A stretch of 59,178 bases of DNA, the filler included, from Sphacelaria rigidula (taxonomy: Eukaryota): NCBI GenBank assembly GCA_964200075.2. It is 7 parts of 7 records of this genome, joined end to end, with 100 filler letters (N's around TTAATTAATTAA, not from the genome) between each part and the next. Parts side by side here need not be neighbours in the genome. Positions count along the whole stretch, not along the records: positions 42,345 to 50,711 come from CAXNAA020011370.1; positions 50,812 to 59,178 come from CAXNAA020011371.1; 5 more parts are not named here. One strand, given 5' to 3'. The notes under the pieces are model-generated. The model did not search any database. It had not been told where the DNA came from and saw nothing but the letters and a program-made list of their open reading frames with translations. This document shows positions 45,045 to 57,499 of the stretch, piece after piece. Every line of letters begins with the position of its first letter. Position 1 is the first letter of the stretch. Made by a program: the position numbers and the translations under genes.

Positions 45045-46243
45045 TACGAGCTGGGCCAGCCTAAAAACGGATTTGAGCTCTAAAAGCAATACCTCATCGA
45101 CATAAACGAGTTGGGCCATGATCCGCATATCGTATTCATCGTCTGATCAAGGGGAAGGTGCCCATCTGCTCAAAAGTCGGGGTCATTTTTTCCTCATTGA
45201 TAAAACCCCATGTCTTGTGATTGCTATACTGTACGGAAATAGCGTCTACACTAAAATCTATGTGAAATCCCGAACCATGCATTCCGCGGATGATGACGAT
45301 TTTCGGTGTGGACCTCCCCTGCAGCACGGGGAGTCGATAAATATCCTCACCTTCACCCAATTCGTAATATATCTCGAGATATGGCACACATAAGTTCGCA
45401 TACTATAACCTATATACTACGAGCAGAGGCACTAGATGCCCGAAATCTGGATATCGTGTCTCAGTTTTTGAGAATTGTGCTATGAAATTTGGTATTATGA
45501 ACCATTAGTGCACAACAAGAAAAAAAAAACAGCCGTTTACTTTTTTTTGGTGCTTTCAGGGGAGTTCTGAGGAGAAATGAACATTGCTCTTGGGCCTTAT
45601 CTCAAATTTTAATCTCAATTTTTATTTTATATTTTTGAAACTTAGCATGGAGAACGACAGAGGTATGCTGAACAAAAAATAATGGGCCTTTATTTTTTTG
45701 AAGAGGGAGAGGTTCGGGCGTTCTCGTAAAAAAATGGTCGTCACCATATACTAACACGCCCTAAACCAGCGAAAAAAATAAATCGAAATCAACAGGATCC
45801 ATTTTTCTCGGTTCATCATGACCTAGCGAAGTCCTGCACAAAGTTTCGATACACAAACACCAAACGTGGGCCGATAAACGGCCTGCAAGATACTGTTCTG
45901 AATTTTCGCCGGACCGGTTCTCGAAAGGCGAATGCGCAATTTTTCTACTTAGAGTTGGACAGTGAAATTTGGTATGGACAATCAACAGGGCATGAAGAAG
46001 AGCTGTCCATGACATCCCAGTTTTTTTTTTTTTTCATGAGTGAAGAGCAATAAACAGTTTCTGAGGTTTTAGAGCAATGCCCGTAACTAATGAAAAAGAA
46101 ACAAGAAAAAATGGGATGTCATAGACAGCTTTTCTTCATGCCCTGTTGATTGTCCATACCAAATTTCACTGTCCAGCTCGAACTAAAAAATTGCGAATTC
46201 GCCTGCAAACTACAAGTCCGCTTCTAGGCTGGCCCAGCCTGTA
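45045..46243. mobile_element. TA-flanked Tc1/mariner-like non-autonomous element
   Basis: TACGAGCTGGGCCAGCCTAAAAACGGA ... TCCGCTTCTAGGCTGGCCCAGCCTGTA. The same terminus recurs at 8260, 8471-8531 (inverted), 42613-42630 and 54925-54942. Confidence 0.55.
45927..46204. repeat. Near-perfect inverted repeat, ~95-bp arms
   Basis: GGACAGTGAAATTTGGTATGGACAATCAACAGGGCATGAAGAA.AGCTGTC.ATGACATCCCA and its reverse complement at about 46110-46175. Confidence 0.9.
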
Positions 46244-46294
46244 GCCATGAACGGAACCAACCCATCTGAATCCCGAGAAACCAACGGGGAAACA

Positions 46295-46321
46295 CAACAA
46301 CAACAACAACAACAACAACAA
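46295..46321. repeat. (CAA)n microsatellite
   Basis: Direct reading. Confidence 0.9.
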
Positions 46322-46554
46322 ACAGCACAAGTCTTCGAGCAGCAACGAACACAAGACGCAGGACCACAGCGCGCCTCTTTTTTCCCAATCTCCATTTCTC
46401 TCTCAAGAATAAAAACATCGCGCGGCCCCCTTTGCTTTCACAGACAGAATTGCATGACGCCCGAGCCTATATGGCGCTCTTCTAGAATACCCACCCATAA
46501 CCCCCACACCCCCCCTCTCGCAAAAATGCATCTTCTTATCGGGTCATTTCCCAC

Positions 46555-46636
46555 CTGCAAAATCTTGAGGGGTACCCACATAATGGGGAACACCCAGTTG
46601 GGCGGGTTCCACCGGGGCTTGCGCAGGTTTTCGTAC
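46555..46636 (-). CDS. TspO/MBR-family membrane protein, second visible exon (signature motif)
   Basis: caccag|G TAC...TTG CAG|gtggga. Encodes (W)YENLRKPRWNPPNWVFPIMWVPLKILQ, the TSPO WY..L.KP.W.PP...F...W motif. Phase 2/0. Confidence 0.88.
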
Positions 46637-47025
46637 CTGGTGTAGAGGGTAACGCGCGAGGCATGTGCCGGTAGAGAGGGGGAAATGGGGTCTCACGTGC
46701 AGTTCCCGGTCTTGTCCATCGCCACGTCGATATACGGAGATGACGATACGATACAATAGATCGCCTGCCCCAACTTACAGGAAGCAGCCACGGGGTGTCT
46801 CATAGTTCAAGTACCTTTGACAACGGGCATGAGGGCACTTGTTGGAATGCATATTATGCATGATGGGGGGTCGATCATGTTGATAGATGACGTCAGTGTT
46901 GAGACGGGTCAGCAAAAACGTGAACAAAATCTTGAGATGAAGTTTTTTCGAAGTCCGAGTGCTGCGTTTGTACATGAAAAGATCTGGACATGGGAATATT
47001 TTGTGGGGAGGGGTTGAGGTGTGGG

Positions 47026-47159
47026 GCGTGGGGGGGGGGGGGGGGGGGGGGGGCTTTATTTGTTCTCTTTGTTCAAATGACAAGAGATCTTGTTCTACTA
47101 CCCCCCAAGGGGGGGGGGGGGGGNNNNNNNNNTGGGTGGTGGGTGTGGGGGTGGGGGGT

Positions 47160-47211
<52 letters not shown>
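47026..47211. repeat. Poly-G tracts with small gap
   Basis: Runs of G flanking a short N gap. Confidence 0.9.
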
Positions 47212-47900
47212 CTATACTCATGATCTTGCATGTCATAGTCACATGACCATTGATCTAGCATCCCTACAAGGCCGGGACGGAGGACGCCGGGTTTTCGCCG
47301 GACCAGGCTCTGTGGGGCGTGGAGGGTGTAGAGTAGTCCACCTCCAGTACACATGCAAGTACATGATGAACTGGATATGAGGTTGCATGAGATTTGGTCA
47401 TGGGATATTCTCTGAAGTATGACTATGACTGCTTGACATGTGATGTGTGTGCAAGGAGAAAAAGGTTACTTCTGGTTTTCACCAAGACAGCTGCTTGTGT
47501 AACTGCTTGAAACTCAAAGTCTCTAGAGCCCTTGACAGGGAGGAAACCTCTGGAGCAGCACTGTAACCTTGTTCTGATTTCAGACAAGTCTACAGGGGTG
47601 ACTTGAAAAAAAAACAGCGGCTAATCCATTTCAGACAAGGAAGGGCAGAGCCCCGACGGAGAGCTTGAGCTTGGGAGTTTGCATCACGTTCTGCAATACA
47701 GCAACCATGCAGCTCCATGACCACATCTGCGACGAATTTAGCCTTGGTCTGCCACAACACTGGCATATATCAACTCATAAATATAAATACATATATAAAG
47801 CGAAGGCGTTAACTGTTCAAGGAGTATTATTGTCGTTTCACGGTATATATATAGAAAATGTAAATATTTTCATCTCAATGAACGAATGCAAATGGGTCAC

Positions 47901-49064
47901 AGACACAAGTGGGGTCGACCCCCGCCCTTTCAGCTAAGAAGGGATCTTGGCAGAACACACGTATGAGCTCTGTCCGTGCTCCTCTGAAATCGATCCCAAT
48001 TCAATCCTGACGCGAAGGCAAGTCAACCGCGGCCCAGGCAGAGCACGGGAGTCGACTTGCACGAACTATCTAGCGAGCCTACCGACCAAACAGTACCGCG
48101 GGCAGCAAGAGCTGCGCAGCAGGCCTCCTATAATAGTCCGAGAAGGGGTGGGACGAGCCACCGTCATGTACTGTTTTTTATCCCAGACCCTCTTTTCCCC
48201 ATGATCAGACCCCCCTTTTCGCCAAACTAGACCCTCTGGTGGCCACTCTCCGCCCCTCAAAATTCACCGTCCACGCCACCGCACGTCAGAACATCGCAGG
48301 ACCCAAAACATCTCTGCCGCATCTTTCCGCGGCCTAGAGAATTCTGCCTTCACATGTACTATTTCGGAAAAAAAGCATTAACGGTCCGAAACTGTTCTAG
48401 AACTTGTACGGTGAAGCGAAACTCTCCGTCGAGAGCGGTCACGCCCCCTTATAGCATTATTTCGAAATATTCTTTAGGCGCTCGATCCGTTGGGTTCCGT
48501 TGGGGTCTCTGCAACTCTTGCAGAACAAATAAATGGGATGGATCATGGTCAGGCTTTGTTCTTGTTCCGTGAGGTAGCGAGCAGCTGAACATCCCGATGG
48601 GGTCTAGATTGTGCGCGGAGGGTTTCTCCAGGCCGCGAAAAGATGCGGCGGAGATGTTGTGGGTCATGCCATATTCTGCCGTGCGGTGGCGTGGAGGGTG
48701 AATTTTGAGGGGCGGAGAGTGGTCACCAGAGGGTCTTGTTTGGCGAAAAGGGGGGTCCAACCAAGGGAAAAGAAGAGGTCTAGGATAAAAACAGTTCGTA
48801 GCGGTGGCTCGTCCCACCCCGTTCTCGTACTAAAGGAGGCCTACTGCGCAGCCCTTACTGCCCGCGGCATTGTTTGGTCCGTACGCTCGCTCGACAGTTC
48901 GTGAAAGTCGACTCCCATGCTCTGCCTGAGCCGCGGTCGACTTGCTTTCGCTTCAGTCTTGAAATTTGGATCGATTTCAGAGGAGCACGGACAGAGCTCA
49001 TACGTGTGTTATGCCAAGACCTCGCTTTTGGCTTAGAAGAGCATGGGTCGACCCACTTGTGTCT
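47901..49064. mobile_element. Foldback element with ~450-bp inverted arms, intronic
   Basis: AGACACAAGTGGG... / ...CCCACTTGTGTCT. 47901-48350 is colinear with the reverse complement of 48615-49064 (e.g. ACACACGTATGAGCTCTGTCCGTGCTCCTCTGAAATCGATCC is perfect). Confidence 0.9.
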
Positions 49065-50211
49065 ACGGCCCACTTCAAATATTTAACTCTCGTTGCTCAA
49101 CACGAACAATACACCATGGATCACTCGAGCTTATAAATGAGAAAAAGCCGACGCCAATTTTTGGTGACGCTGCAGCGATCATCACGCCGCCCGCGAGTGC
49201 CACGGTTGGAAACTCATACCTGTCACGTCGAGTTTTTCTGAAATATTGGATCCTATCAATAAATACGCGGTACTTGCAATGCGTGGGACAGCCTTATCCA
49301 TGTCGCCAAAATCAAGATGGGTTCCACTGAAGGTCCCAGTATAGTGCTGTACGTCGCCAGTCTGATATGACCGCACTGTTCTGGGACCCTGAACTGTATT
49401 AGTCGAATACGATTGCTTGATATCAGTACAGCAGTACAAGCATAAATATGGATTTGCTCAGTCAGGATTTTTTCGCAGACGAATGATTGGTGGCCTTAAC
49501 TCGAAAGTGTGAAAGTCGGTAGGCGCTGGAAAAAGAAGCAGGTGGTTGTCAGCACACATTCCCCAATTTGGCGTTGCCGGAACAACACGGAGTGAAACCC
49601 CGTTTATCGAGGGGATGTTATTTACCCTATATTATCCAAAAACAAGAGCGTTTCGGCTACAGCGCAATGAAAATGAAAAATGTGAAACGCGACACTATGT
49701 TTTTGTCAATTACAACGATCCGGATGGATTCGGTCAAGCAAAAATGTCGAATCAATGATCGGGGCTGTACGCTTGCAAGACCCTCAACGACCGGCGAGCA
49801 CATGGTTTGTTCAAAGCTGATGCTAGATTTTTTTTTGACGACGTTTGTGTCGAGCGCTCATGTCCTTTGATTTCCCACGTTTTGAACCAAACAGAAACCG
49901 TCATGAGTCATGGTGACCGAGAAATCTCTGAAAAAAATCGCTTTCAATCGGAAATGATTTCATCTCAAACCTTGAGAACCATAAAGCAAATCGGACTTGT
50001 GACGAGTGATGATAAATTACTGAACCACGATGTAACCCTGACGGTCCATTTTTCGCCGATGCATAATACAATATGCCTTCCGCGTACACTCGCAGCAAAC
50101 AGTAATAGCTTCGCGCATCGCAAAAAATCGTTCCCCCCCCCCCCCCCCCCTCCCCCCCGTCCCCCGCATTAGGGGTCCCCGTTTTGGACAGCTGTGAAGT
50201 TTCTGTCTCAC

Positions 50212-50446
50212 CAGTCCTCCGATATAGGGTTCTCGATGTTGAACAGCTGTGAAGTTTCCAGGAATCGCCTGGGACCCGCCGTTGCGGCGCCAGAGAAGAA
50301 TACAGCCGCCGTCCAGATCAGCAGCCTCGCCACCTCGGCGTACTTCGGGACCACAAACATGTCCGCCAGGTGGGCAGCTAAGCCGACGAACCCCACAATC
50401 ATGGCGCTTTCCAGAGCCGTCTCAGCAATCGCTTCGACAAAAACGA
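50212..50446 (-). CDS. TspO/MBR-family membrane protein, first visible (internal) exon
   Basis: ttccacag|TC GTT...GAG GAC TG|gtgaga. Two hydrophobic segments, then NIENPISED. The split TG+G Trp codon joins the next exon. Confidence 0.78.
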
Positions 50447-50711
50447 CTGTGGAAATGCGGCACGGAAGCGCGTAGCGCGGGCAGAGGGGGCGGGGGGGAG
50501 GGGGCGTAATCATTTGTTGCTTACCTTAGTCATCTGACCATTGACCACGCATCCCTTTCGAGACGGAGCACCGTTCCTACTCCTAATAGAGACACCTCCA
50601 ACATTCTTGCGCTCAATACGCTTCTCCCATACATTACAAAAAAACCTTTTACATATTTTATATCCGTCCTGTTTCGCCGTCTGAGGCCACCATCTATCCC
50701 CTAGTATAGCC

Positions 50712-50811
50712 NNNNNNNNNNNNNNNNNNNNNNNNNNNNNNNNNNNNNNNNNNNNTTAATTAATTAANNNNNNNNNNNNNNNNNNNNNNNNNNNNNNNNN
50801 NNNNNNNNNNN
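50712..50811. other. Artificial contig-joining spacer
   Basis: Same 100-bp spacer. Confidence 0.98.
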
Positions 50812-50853
50812 CTTTTAGCTGGTTTCGGGGGGGGGGCTATCGTAGAAAGTGTC
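50812..50853. mobile_element. Terminal fragment of the GACAC-TIR MITE (third copy)
   Basis: CTTTTAGCTGGTTTCGGGGGGGGGGCTATCGTAGAAAGTGTC is the reverse complement of the 40741 end. Confidence 0.85.
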
Positions 50854-53800
50854 AGGAAAGGGACGGAGAAGAGGTACGGTGCATATATAACCTCATCAAG
50901 ACACAGAGCAAAAAATACATGGCGCAATACTTGAGTCCAGGGAACTCCGTTCGCGCAAATCCACAGGTGATTTTGAACGTTGAGATGAGCTTACGAGGCC
51001 TCTTGTGAATACTATCCTGATCGCTACCATTCCCAGGACAAAATGCCTGCATCACCAGACTTAGCACAAAGTTTCGAGGGCATATGTTTCCATGCAGATA
51101 ATATACTGACACTGGAGGAATCAAAATGATGTATTACCAAGACGAACCTCAATTTTGGCTGGTTCACCCATCCCCAGTGCAAATGATAAACAAAGTCAAT
51201 TTGAAGTACTCATGGGGTTGCCATCTGAGTCTAGATTCAAGCAGTAGTAGGTTGGTGCAAGTAGCGGGCTGGGTCCGCAACACACCCACGAATAATGACA
51301 TGTGCATAGAGACTTTTGGTCCGCGACCGAGGTCACCACGCTCTATGTTCGCTTTTTGCTTTGGCGCGTAGGTTGTCAGTATTGGTTGGAAGGAGTTCAG
51401 TAAAATGTTGTGTTTTGGATGTTCAATAGCAGTACGACAGCGGTGCCCAGCTCCTTACAAGAGGAAGAAGTAGGTGCCAGAGTCTGAAGACAGCAAAAAC
51501 ACCCCTCATGTGTGTACCTATGGTTGTGTTAAAATAGTAAAATACAGTTTCACGTACAGGTGGGCGATATTGGTCAATTTGTTGGCGACCTCAATAGATC
51601 ATTCCACCAATCATAACTATCAAAATGGCCATCCCTCCCCTCTTTAGGCCTATTGCCTGGCCCCGAAGTTAAGTGGAAATACACACGGTTGATCTGGGAA
51701 GCATTTGCTGACGATCGAGGAGCTTGCACGGTCCTCTATAAAATATTGAAACCCCGGGACTGTACGCCGGTGAAACCATTCCGACGCGATGCTGGAGGCC
51801 AAAGAAGGGTTAATACCTTTTAAACATCGAACCCTTGCTTGGAAACTACGCGGACAGGCCACTCCCGGGGGTTCGGAATCATCCTTGTTTTTGGTGGAGA
51901 AACAGCGCCAGGACTGAAAGGCTGGTGCCGTGTATATGCCGAGCGTCATATTTACTCGTGCGTAAGCCGCGGCCAGCTGCACGTGACCATCTTAGTACAG
52001 CAAAATAGCAATGGTGACGGGCCAGCAGTACATACGACCAAGCATGTGCGAAGATGTCAGCACGCACATCAGGATGGTAAATTGACACCAAAATATGCGC
52101 AGCCTCTTCTCCCAACCATGGCAAAAGACTGCTACACGCCTGTCGGCCCAACCGCTTCGTCTTTCGTATTGATCAGGGCGGAGCGGAAATATTTTATTCA
52201 ATTTCTCGTTTTTTCTGCAGGTGGAGTGCTTCGGGCTTAGCACGAAGATGAAACTATACAAAAGACCCTCGCGGGTATGTCAGGCATAAAATCTCATCCT
52301 GGATCATGTATCCCCTTTCAGTCAATCGGCGATCCCGCTATGGGCACTAAGGGGGTTAATTACGTATCGTTCTAGACACTACGATATCAAAATTAAGAAA
52401 CGGAAAACATGCAGTCAAGCGACCCAATGCTGCGGAAGATGATGAGTTTTTGTGCAATAGTCGCCGAGTACAGTCTTCGATCCTTTAGGAAACCAATTGC
52501 CAGACGGCCGCGAGGCAGTCCCGCGGAGGTTAAATAATACCCACTGCTGTAGGCGTAGGTGGCCGATGGTTGGCGGCGCGAGAGCTATCTCGAATTTTTC
52601 TGAGCTTTCGGCAAGCAAGGTTGCAGCAAACTAGGTCTGCAGTTCAGCGGGTCGTCGGTGTTCCAGTTCAATGTCTTGCTTCATGCATCCTCTCAGCGGT
52701 GTCTGCTAAGGGTGAAGGGTCAGCACCGCACCGGGCACACCTCCGCGCATGCCGTGCTGCAGGCACACTACTGTTGCCGCGATCACGACTTATTCATAGC
52801 AATCTCCAAGCATCGGAGAGTGCCGCTGGTTATGGCTAGCACGAAGAACTTTGACACATGCTTGTGTGTGTGACAACGCACAGTGAGTGGCCAAGTGGGC
52901 CAGTCCTCCCTACTTTCATGCAAGCGTTGTCTGGTTTCCCCAAACTAAGTGTTCCACATCCCCCCAAAACGAGCCGCCATCTGACGACGGGGCACCCAAA
53001 GCAGCTCACACAAGCATGACACCAATGAATGCGCTGCACCCCCGATTTGTCCGAAATCTAAAGTCGTATTGGCCACCGTGGCGCTGCCGGAGGCACAGCA
53101 GTCAATGTAGGTGGGATGAGAGAGTGGTACCTGCGGCGTTTTGGGGTGGATGGTTTTTTTTCACCGCTCTGCGTCCAAAATCTCCAGCTTCTGGTGACTC
53201 GAACCAGTTCCAAAAGTGCAAACCGACCAAAAGTGCGTATTTTGGCCCTTGAAAAGAGGGCCAAATCGATGGTACCACGTCGAAATGCCTTATTCCACTT
53301 TCCGAGAGGTAGTCGACACACTTTGACGATTTCTGGTGCACAGAGTGTGAGTCTGGGCCGAAAAAATAACACTCGTGCGCACTTAATGTTGAGCTCATCT
53401 TCACGGGATAAAAAAAAACAGCGAAGAGCAGAGCATGCCTGTAAAAACTGTTGGAAATATTGGTGGCTCGTGGCGTTCGGTACTGTTCTCAAAACAGACC
53501 GACTACTGTCGCGGAGCCAGTAGTTTAGCAGAGGTTGCACAGTGGTAGTCAAACCACTTGCTTCTGCAGCAGACAGAAAGTCCAAAGACAAAAATGGTGT
53601 TTGGGGCTCTTCACTTTGGCCGAACAAAATCAAGGCAGTCTCTTCTTAAAGCAGAGAGCTGAAGGTAGTGGAGGAGAGCTGGGTAAGCTTGGTAAGCTTG
53701 GGAGAGTGATTGCAAGGGCGATAGACCGCCGCTTACAACCATGTTCAATCCTGGAAGAAGAATCCAACACTCTACACGTACGTAAGGTCGAATCGTATCA

Positions 53801-54200
53801 TTCAATTCAACCTCGCTATTGTTGACGCGGTAGTCTTGCTAGCTTAGATTAACTGCAAAGTTGCACACAAGATATCCTGTAGCTTCCGTGGCCTAAATAC
53901 TCTGCTAGAGTATCTTTCATTGACAAATCATGGCAACACGCCTGCTGTAGCAATATCCTACCTGAAACGTCACTCACACAGGTAGACTATAAATCAATAC
54001 AAAAGAGGTACTCTCTGTGAAAAGGATACCAATGAAACGGTCTTGCGTGGTTCGCTGTTTCCTTGAAACGCAACAGGTTGTACCGCTATCTTTTGTTGTA
54101 ACAACTCTATTCAAACATGATGAATATAGACTACATCGTCTAGATTTTTCCAACAAAAACAGCATGTTGATTGGTCGCCGGGCGGGAGGATGTATTGATC

Positions 54201-54557
54201 GGAGGAACTCAACAACTAGACCGCTCAGTCAGGGCTTATTGGGTGGTCTAGATGGTGGAGTCTCTCTAATGAACAAAATAAGTACCCGATAGCTCGAAAT
54301 ACCCCGGCGCGTTCTTCGAGTGCCCCTCGTGAACGCAGCTGATGTGTTTCCCGGCGTTAGCCACCTAACATGTTCCCTTCGTCAGCATCATCTGTGCTAG
54401 ACAAGGAGAGGAGAGTGCGCCGAGATGGGATTCGAACCGAGAATGGAACTCAAACTACTTACTATTTTGTTCAGTGGAGGAACTCCACCATTAGTATTAG
54501 ACCACTCAGTTGGCACTGACTGAGTAGGGGTCTAATGGTGGAGTTCCTCTAATGAAC
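54201..54557. repeat. Two copies of a ~75-90-bp palindromic hairpin unit
   Basis: GAGGAACTCCACCATTAG...CTAATGGTGGAGTTCCTC at 54469-54557, with a diverged copy at 54201-54274. Confidence 0.75.
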
Positions 54558-56352
54558 GCAATATTGCGGCGACAATCAACGTGCTGCTTTTGAACGCTTG
54601 CTGTGCTCTCCACTGCTTTTCGTGGTCCCGTTAGATGGGCCCTTTCGTGCAATGCTACAGTACATGTAGCATGACGTATGACAGAAACATGAACTATTTC
54701 ACGACGGACTACTACACTATCACGCGACGACACGACACGTTCCTGGTACTCAATACAGTACAATAACATCATCGCCAAAACTNNNNNNNNNNAAAACTTC
54801 GCCAATCGACCAGCGGCGCTGCCGTGCATTACCAGGTTGGTCTGCAATACACAGCGATGTGCTCAAGTCGAGCTGATTTGGTAAACTTGACGAGTTATGG
54901 TTGGAGATGCAAATGCGGCATAAACTGCTGGCCCAGCTCGTACGGACTGACACGATCAATAACATATATTGCGTTTTCACTCATATCGGTGCTCACGGCG
55001 CAGATTGGAGCTCTGCCAACGCGCACTTTGACCGGGAAATCATATGTGCATCCCTTCTCGAAGGGTTATCGGCGTGCCTCGATTGTGTTTAGGATCAGGG
55101 TTAGAGTTACAATCAGAATCCAGAATGCATCAACGTCGCGTCTCAGACGATGACAGGAACACTCTAGCTGAACCGGCAAACATTCTTCCGCGTTTTTGAA
55201 TGAAAAATCGACCGCAATCTGGTCCCGCCGCCCGCATTTCTCCAATCTGTCAGAAGGCTCCCTCGGTGGCCGGGTGGCTCCTCTCCAAGGGACCTCTGAT
55301 CATTGGTATCTGCCTTCAGGAAACCACGGGAAGGTGAGTTCATATCGGCGCTCATACCTTGAACTTCCAGTCGTTGCAATACGCGCCTCAAACCAAAGCC
55401 AAGCACCAGGTTTTGAACATTTTGTACTGTAGTACAGTTAGTACGATGAACTGCAGTACAGTGCAGACCTCCGTTTGTCGACCAGACCGATCAGCCGTCG
55501 AGCACGTTTTCAACTCAAGTCATTGCTGCTGGGTCAACGACACGGGATATCCAGCAGATTATACGTACACAGAGGCAGACATATATAAAGGGACGGCGAC
55601 AACGGTGCTTGAAACGTGCTCAGTTCAGCCTGGCGCAGCGGTGGTCCCCAGCCGGCGTAACGTTTCGTAGTGTCTGTTGAGGCAGGTGCGTGTATTGTTT
55701 CCACTTCGTTCAAATATTTGATATTTCAGATACTCCGAAGTACTGTAGTACAAAAAGGAAAATTAGACCAGAAGTTAACGCCGACATTGCGAGCTACCTG
55801 CTGGGTTTAATTTTATCCGTTGATTGTATACATTGTTGAGCGTTTTTCGGTTACCCGTGTGTTGTTATGCCTGTGGTATGGGTTTGAGAACGTGGTGTGC
55901 GCAGTAGTTCATTCAAAAGCAGTGTTCAGCGCGGCGCATTGCCCTGCAGTAGAGTGCAGTAGAGTGCAGTGCCCGTGAGTTACGGCACAATACAGTACAG
56001 TAAATACAGCACAGCACAGCACAGGGCAGAGAGTACCATACGTTGCGATGTGATTCGTGTGCGCGAGGTTAGAATCTCAAACCAACAATTAAGATCATTG
56101 TACGCCCCTTTCTTGTGTGTATTAGGGATACGCAGAACAACGCGACTGACGATGAAAGCAGTTTGGTGGGCAGTTCGTCATCAAAAATGATCCTTCGACT
56201 GTACCGTCTACTCCCTTTTTTTGAACGCAAGTTCAACGCGCGATTTTTTGGGTTCGGCACATATTTTTTCCGGCGCAATAAACAATGTCTCGGTGCAAAA
56301 CACGACTGCGACGCTTTACCCGTCCGCCCGAAGGCCCCCTCTTACCGAGGCA

Positions 56353-56750
56353 GAAAAATGAGGGTGAGATTGTGAGGATGAGAATGAGGCTGGTGGTCAC
56401 GACATTGTTATCCTTCTGATTGGTGGAGGGTTGTCGTGCCATAATCATCGCCCTCATAATCACTCTCATCAAGATCATAATGTTTTAATCATTCTTTGTG
56501 AGAGCTGGCGAACAATCCGGTGATAATGCGAAAGGGGACGATAAAAGGTTGCCCAGAAGGCCACGAGCAGCCTTGTTTGCAGCGGTAGCGGGACTATTTG
56601 CGTGTGACGCACTGATCTCTTCGCATGTTGTCACGTTCTCAGTTTAATTTTTTTTGCCGTCGATAGGAAAGGGGGGTGAACTTTCGTGATTATGAGACTT
56701 CGAACCGTCACTCTCATTCTCATCATCACGATCACATTCTCATTTTTTTT
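56353..56750. repeat. Element bounded by ~37-bp imperfect inverted repeats rich in ATGAG/CTCAT
   Basis: AAAAATGAGGGTGAGATTGTGAGGATGAGAATGAG vs CTCATTCTCATCATCACGATCACATTCTCATTTTT. Confidence 0.5.
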
Positions 56751-56755
56751 TTTCG

Positions 56756-57499
56756 TTAACCCTTTGACTGGGAACGACGCCTCGGAATAGTTTCACAGGC
56801 TGGCAGTCCAGAGACATCTGGGGGTTTCCAGGGAAGGGGGGGGGGGATTGAAAAGGGGTGGGAGCCTGTTCGCAGAACAGCCGAAAAGCTCACCACGACA
56901 ATCATGTGTGTTTGGAGGTTCCCCATGAAAATTCTAAGCCAGGAGAGAGGCCTGAGAGGAGCGGAGTGACCGTTTTGAGAGCTGTGATTGGTCAGAATGG
57001 GCCCTTGTTACTTGTTACCCTACAGATGGACTACCGCGCCAGCTAGCCGTATCTCTCATTTTGGTCATGTCAATTCAACCATAGATAACATGGGCACCAA
57101 TGACGTGCTTTTTACTTTGCTCGTAGTCTCTGTTGCCTGCCTGACCCCTCTTGAGTTGTCAGCATTGCTTCATATTGTCTGCGGTGTTGTTGTGAAACAC
57201 TGAACAGAGACATCAGCAGCGTGCAGTAGACTGTGTTCAGTGAAGAGCGATCGCACGCTGACTATTTCTTGTCGTTACATCCAGCGAGGACATACAGCAC
57301 ACATACTGACTCTGCATGCACTTAACTGCAGGGTAGACGTCGGTCAGGGGTTCTGCGGGACTATTCTCTATATAGATGCCCAACATCCACATGTTCATGA
57401 AAAAATATATCTACGCAGAGAAAAATAAGTGTTTTGAGCCCCAAACGTGGCATCGTCCATCTGATCTCATCTGAGGGGGGTTCGCAGTCCAAGGGTTAA
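56756..57499. mobile_element. piggyBac-like non-autonomous element with TTAA TSD, ~740 bp
   Basis: TTAA-CCCTTTGACTGGGAAC ... GTTCGCAGTCCAAGGG-TTAA (14/16 TIR match). Confidence 0.75.

Noticed and set aside
46775..47380. Poly-Pro/poly-Gly ORFs
   Set aside because: They derive from poly-G homopolymers around a sequencing gap within an intron.
8371..50811. Regularly spaced TTAATTAATTAA motif every ~8.47 kb as a biological periodic element
   Set aside because: It is embedded in fixed-length N runs and is an assembly linker.
52830..53830. Coding-looking stretch on the minus strand (191-aa ORF and neighbours)
   Set aside because: No motif was recognised and the frames are broken. It cannot be assigned without a homology search.
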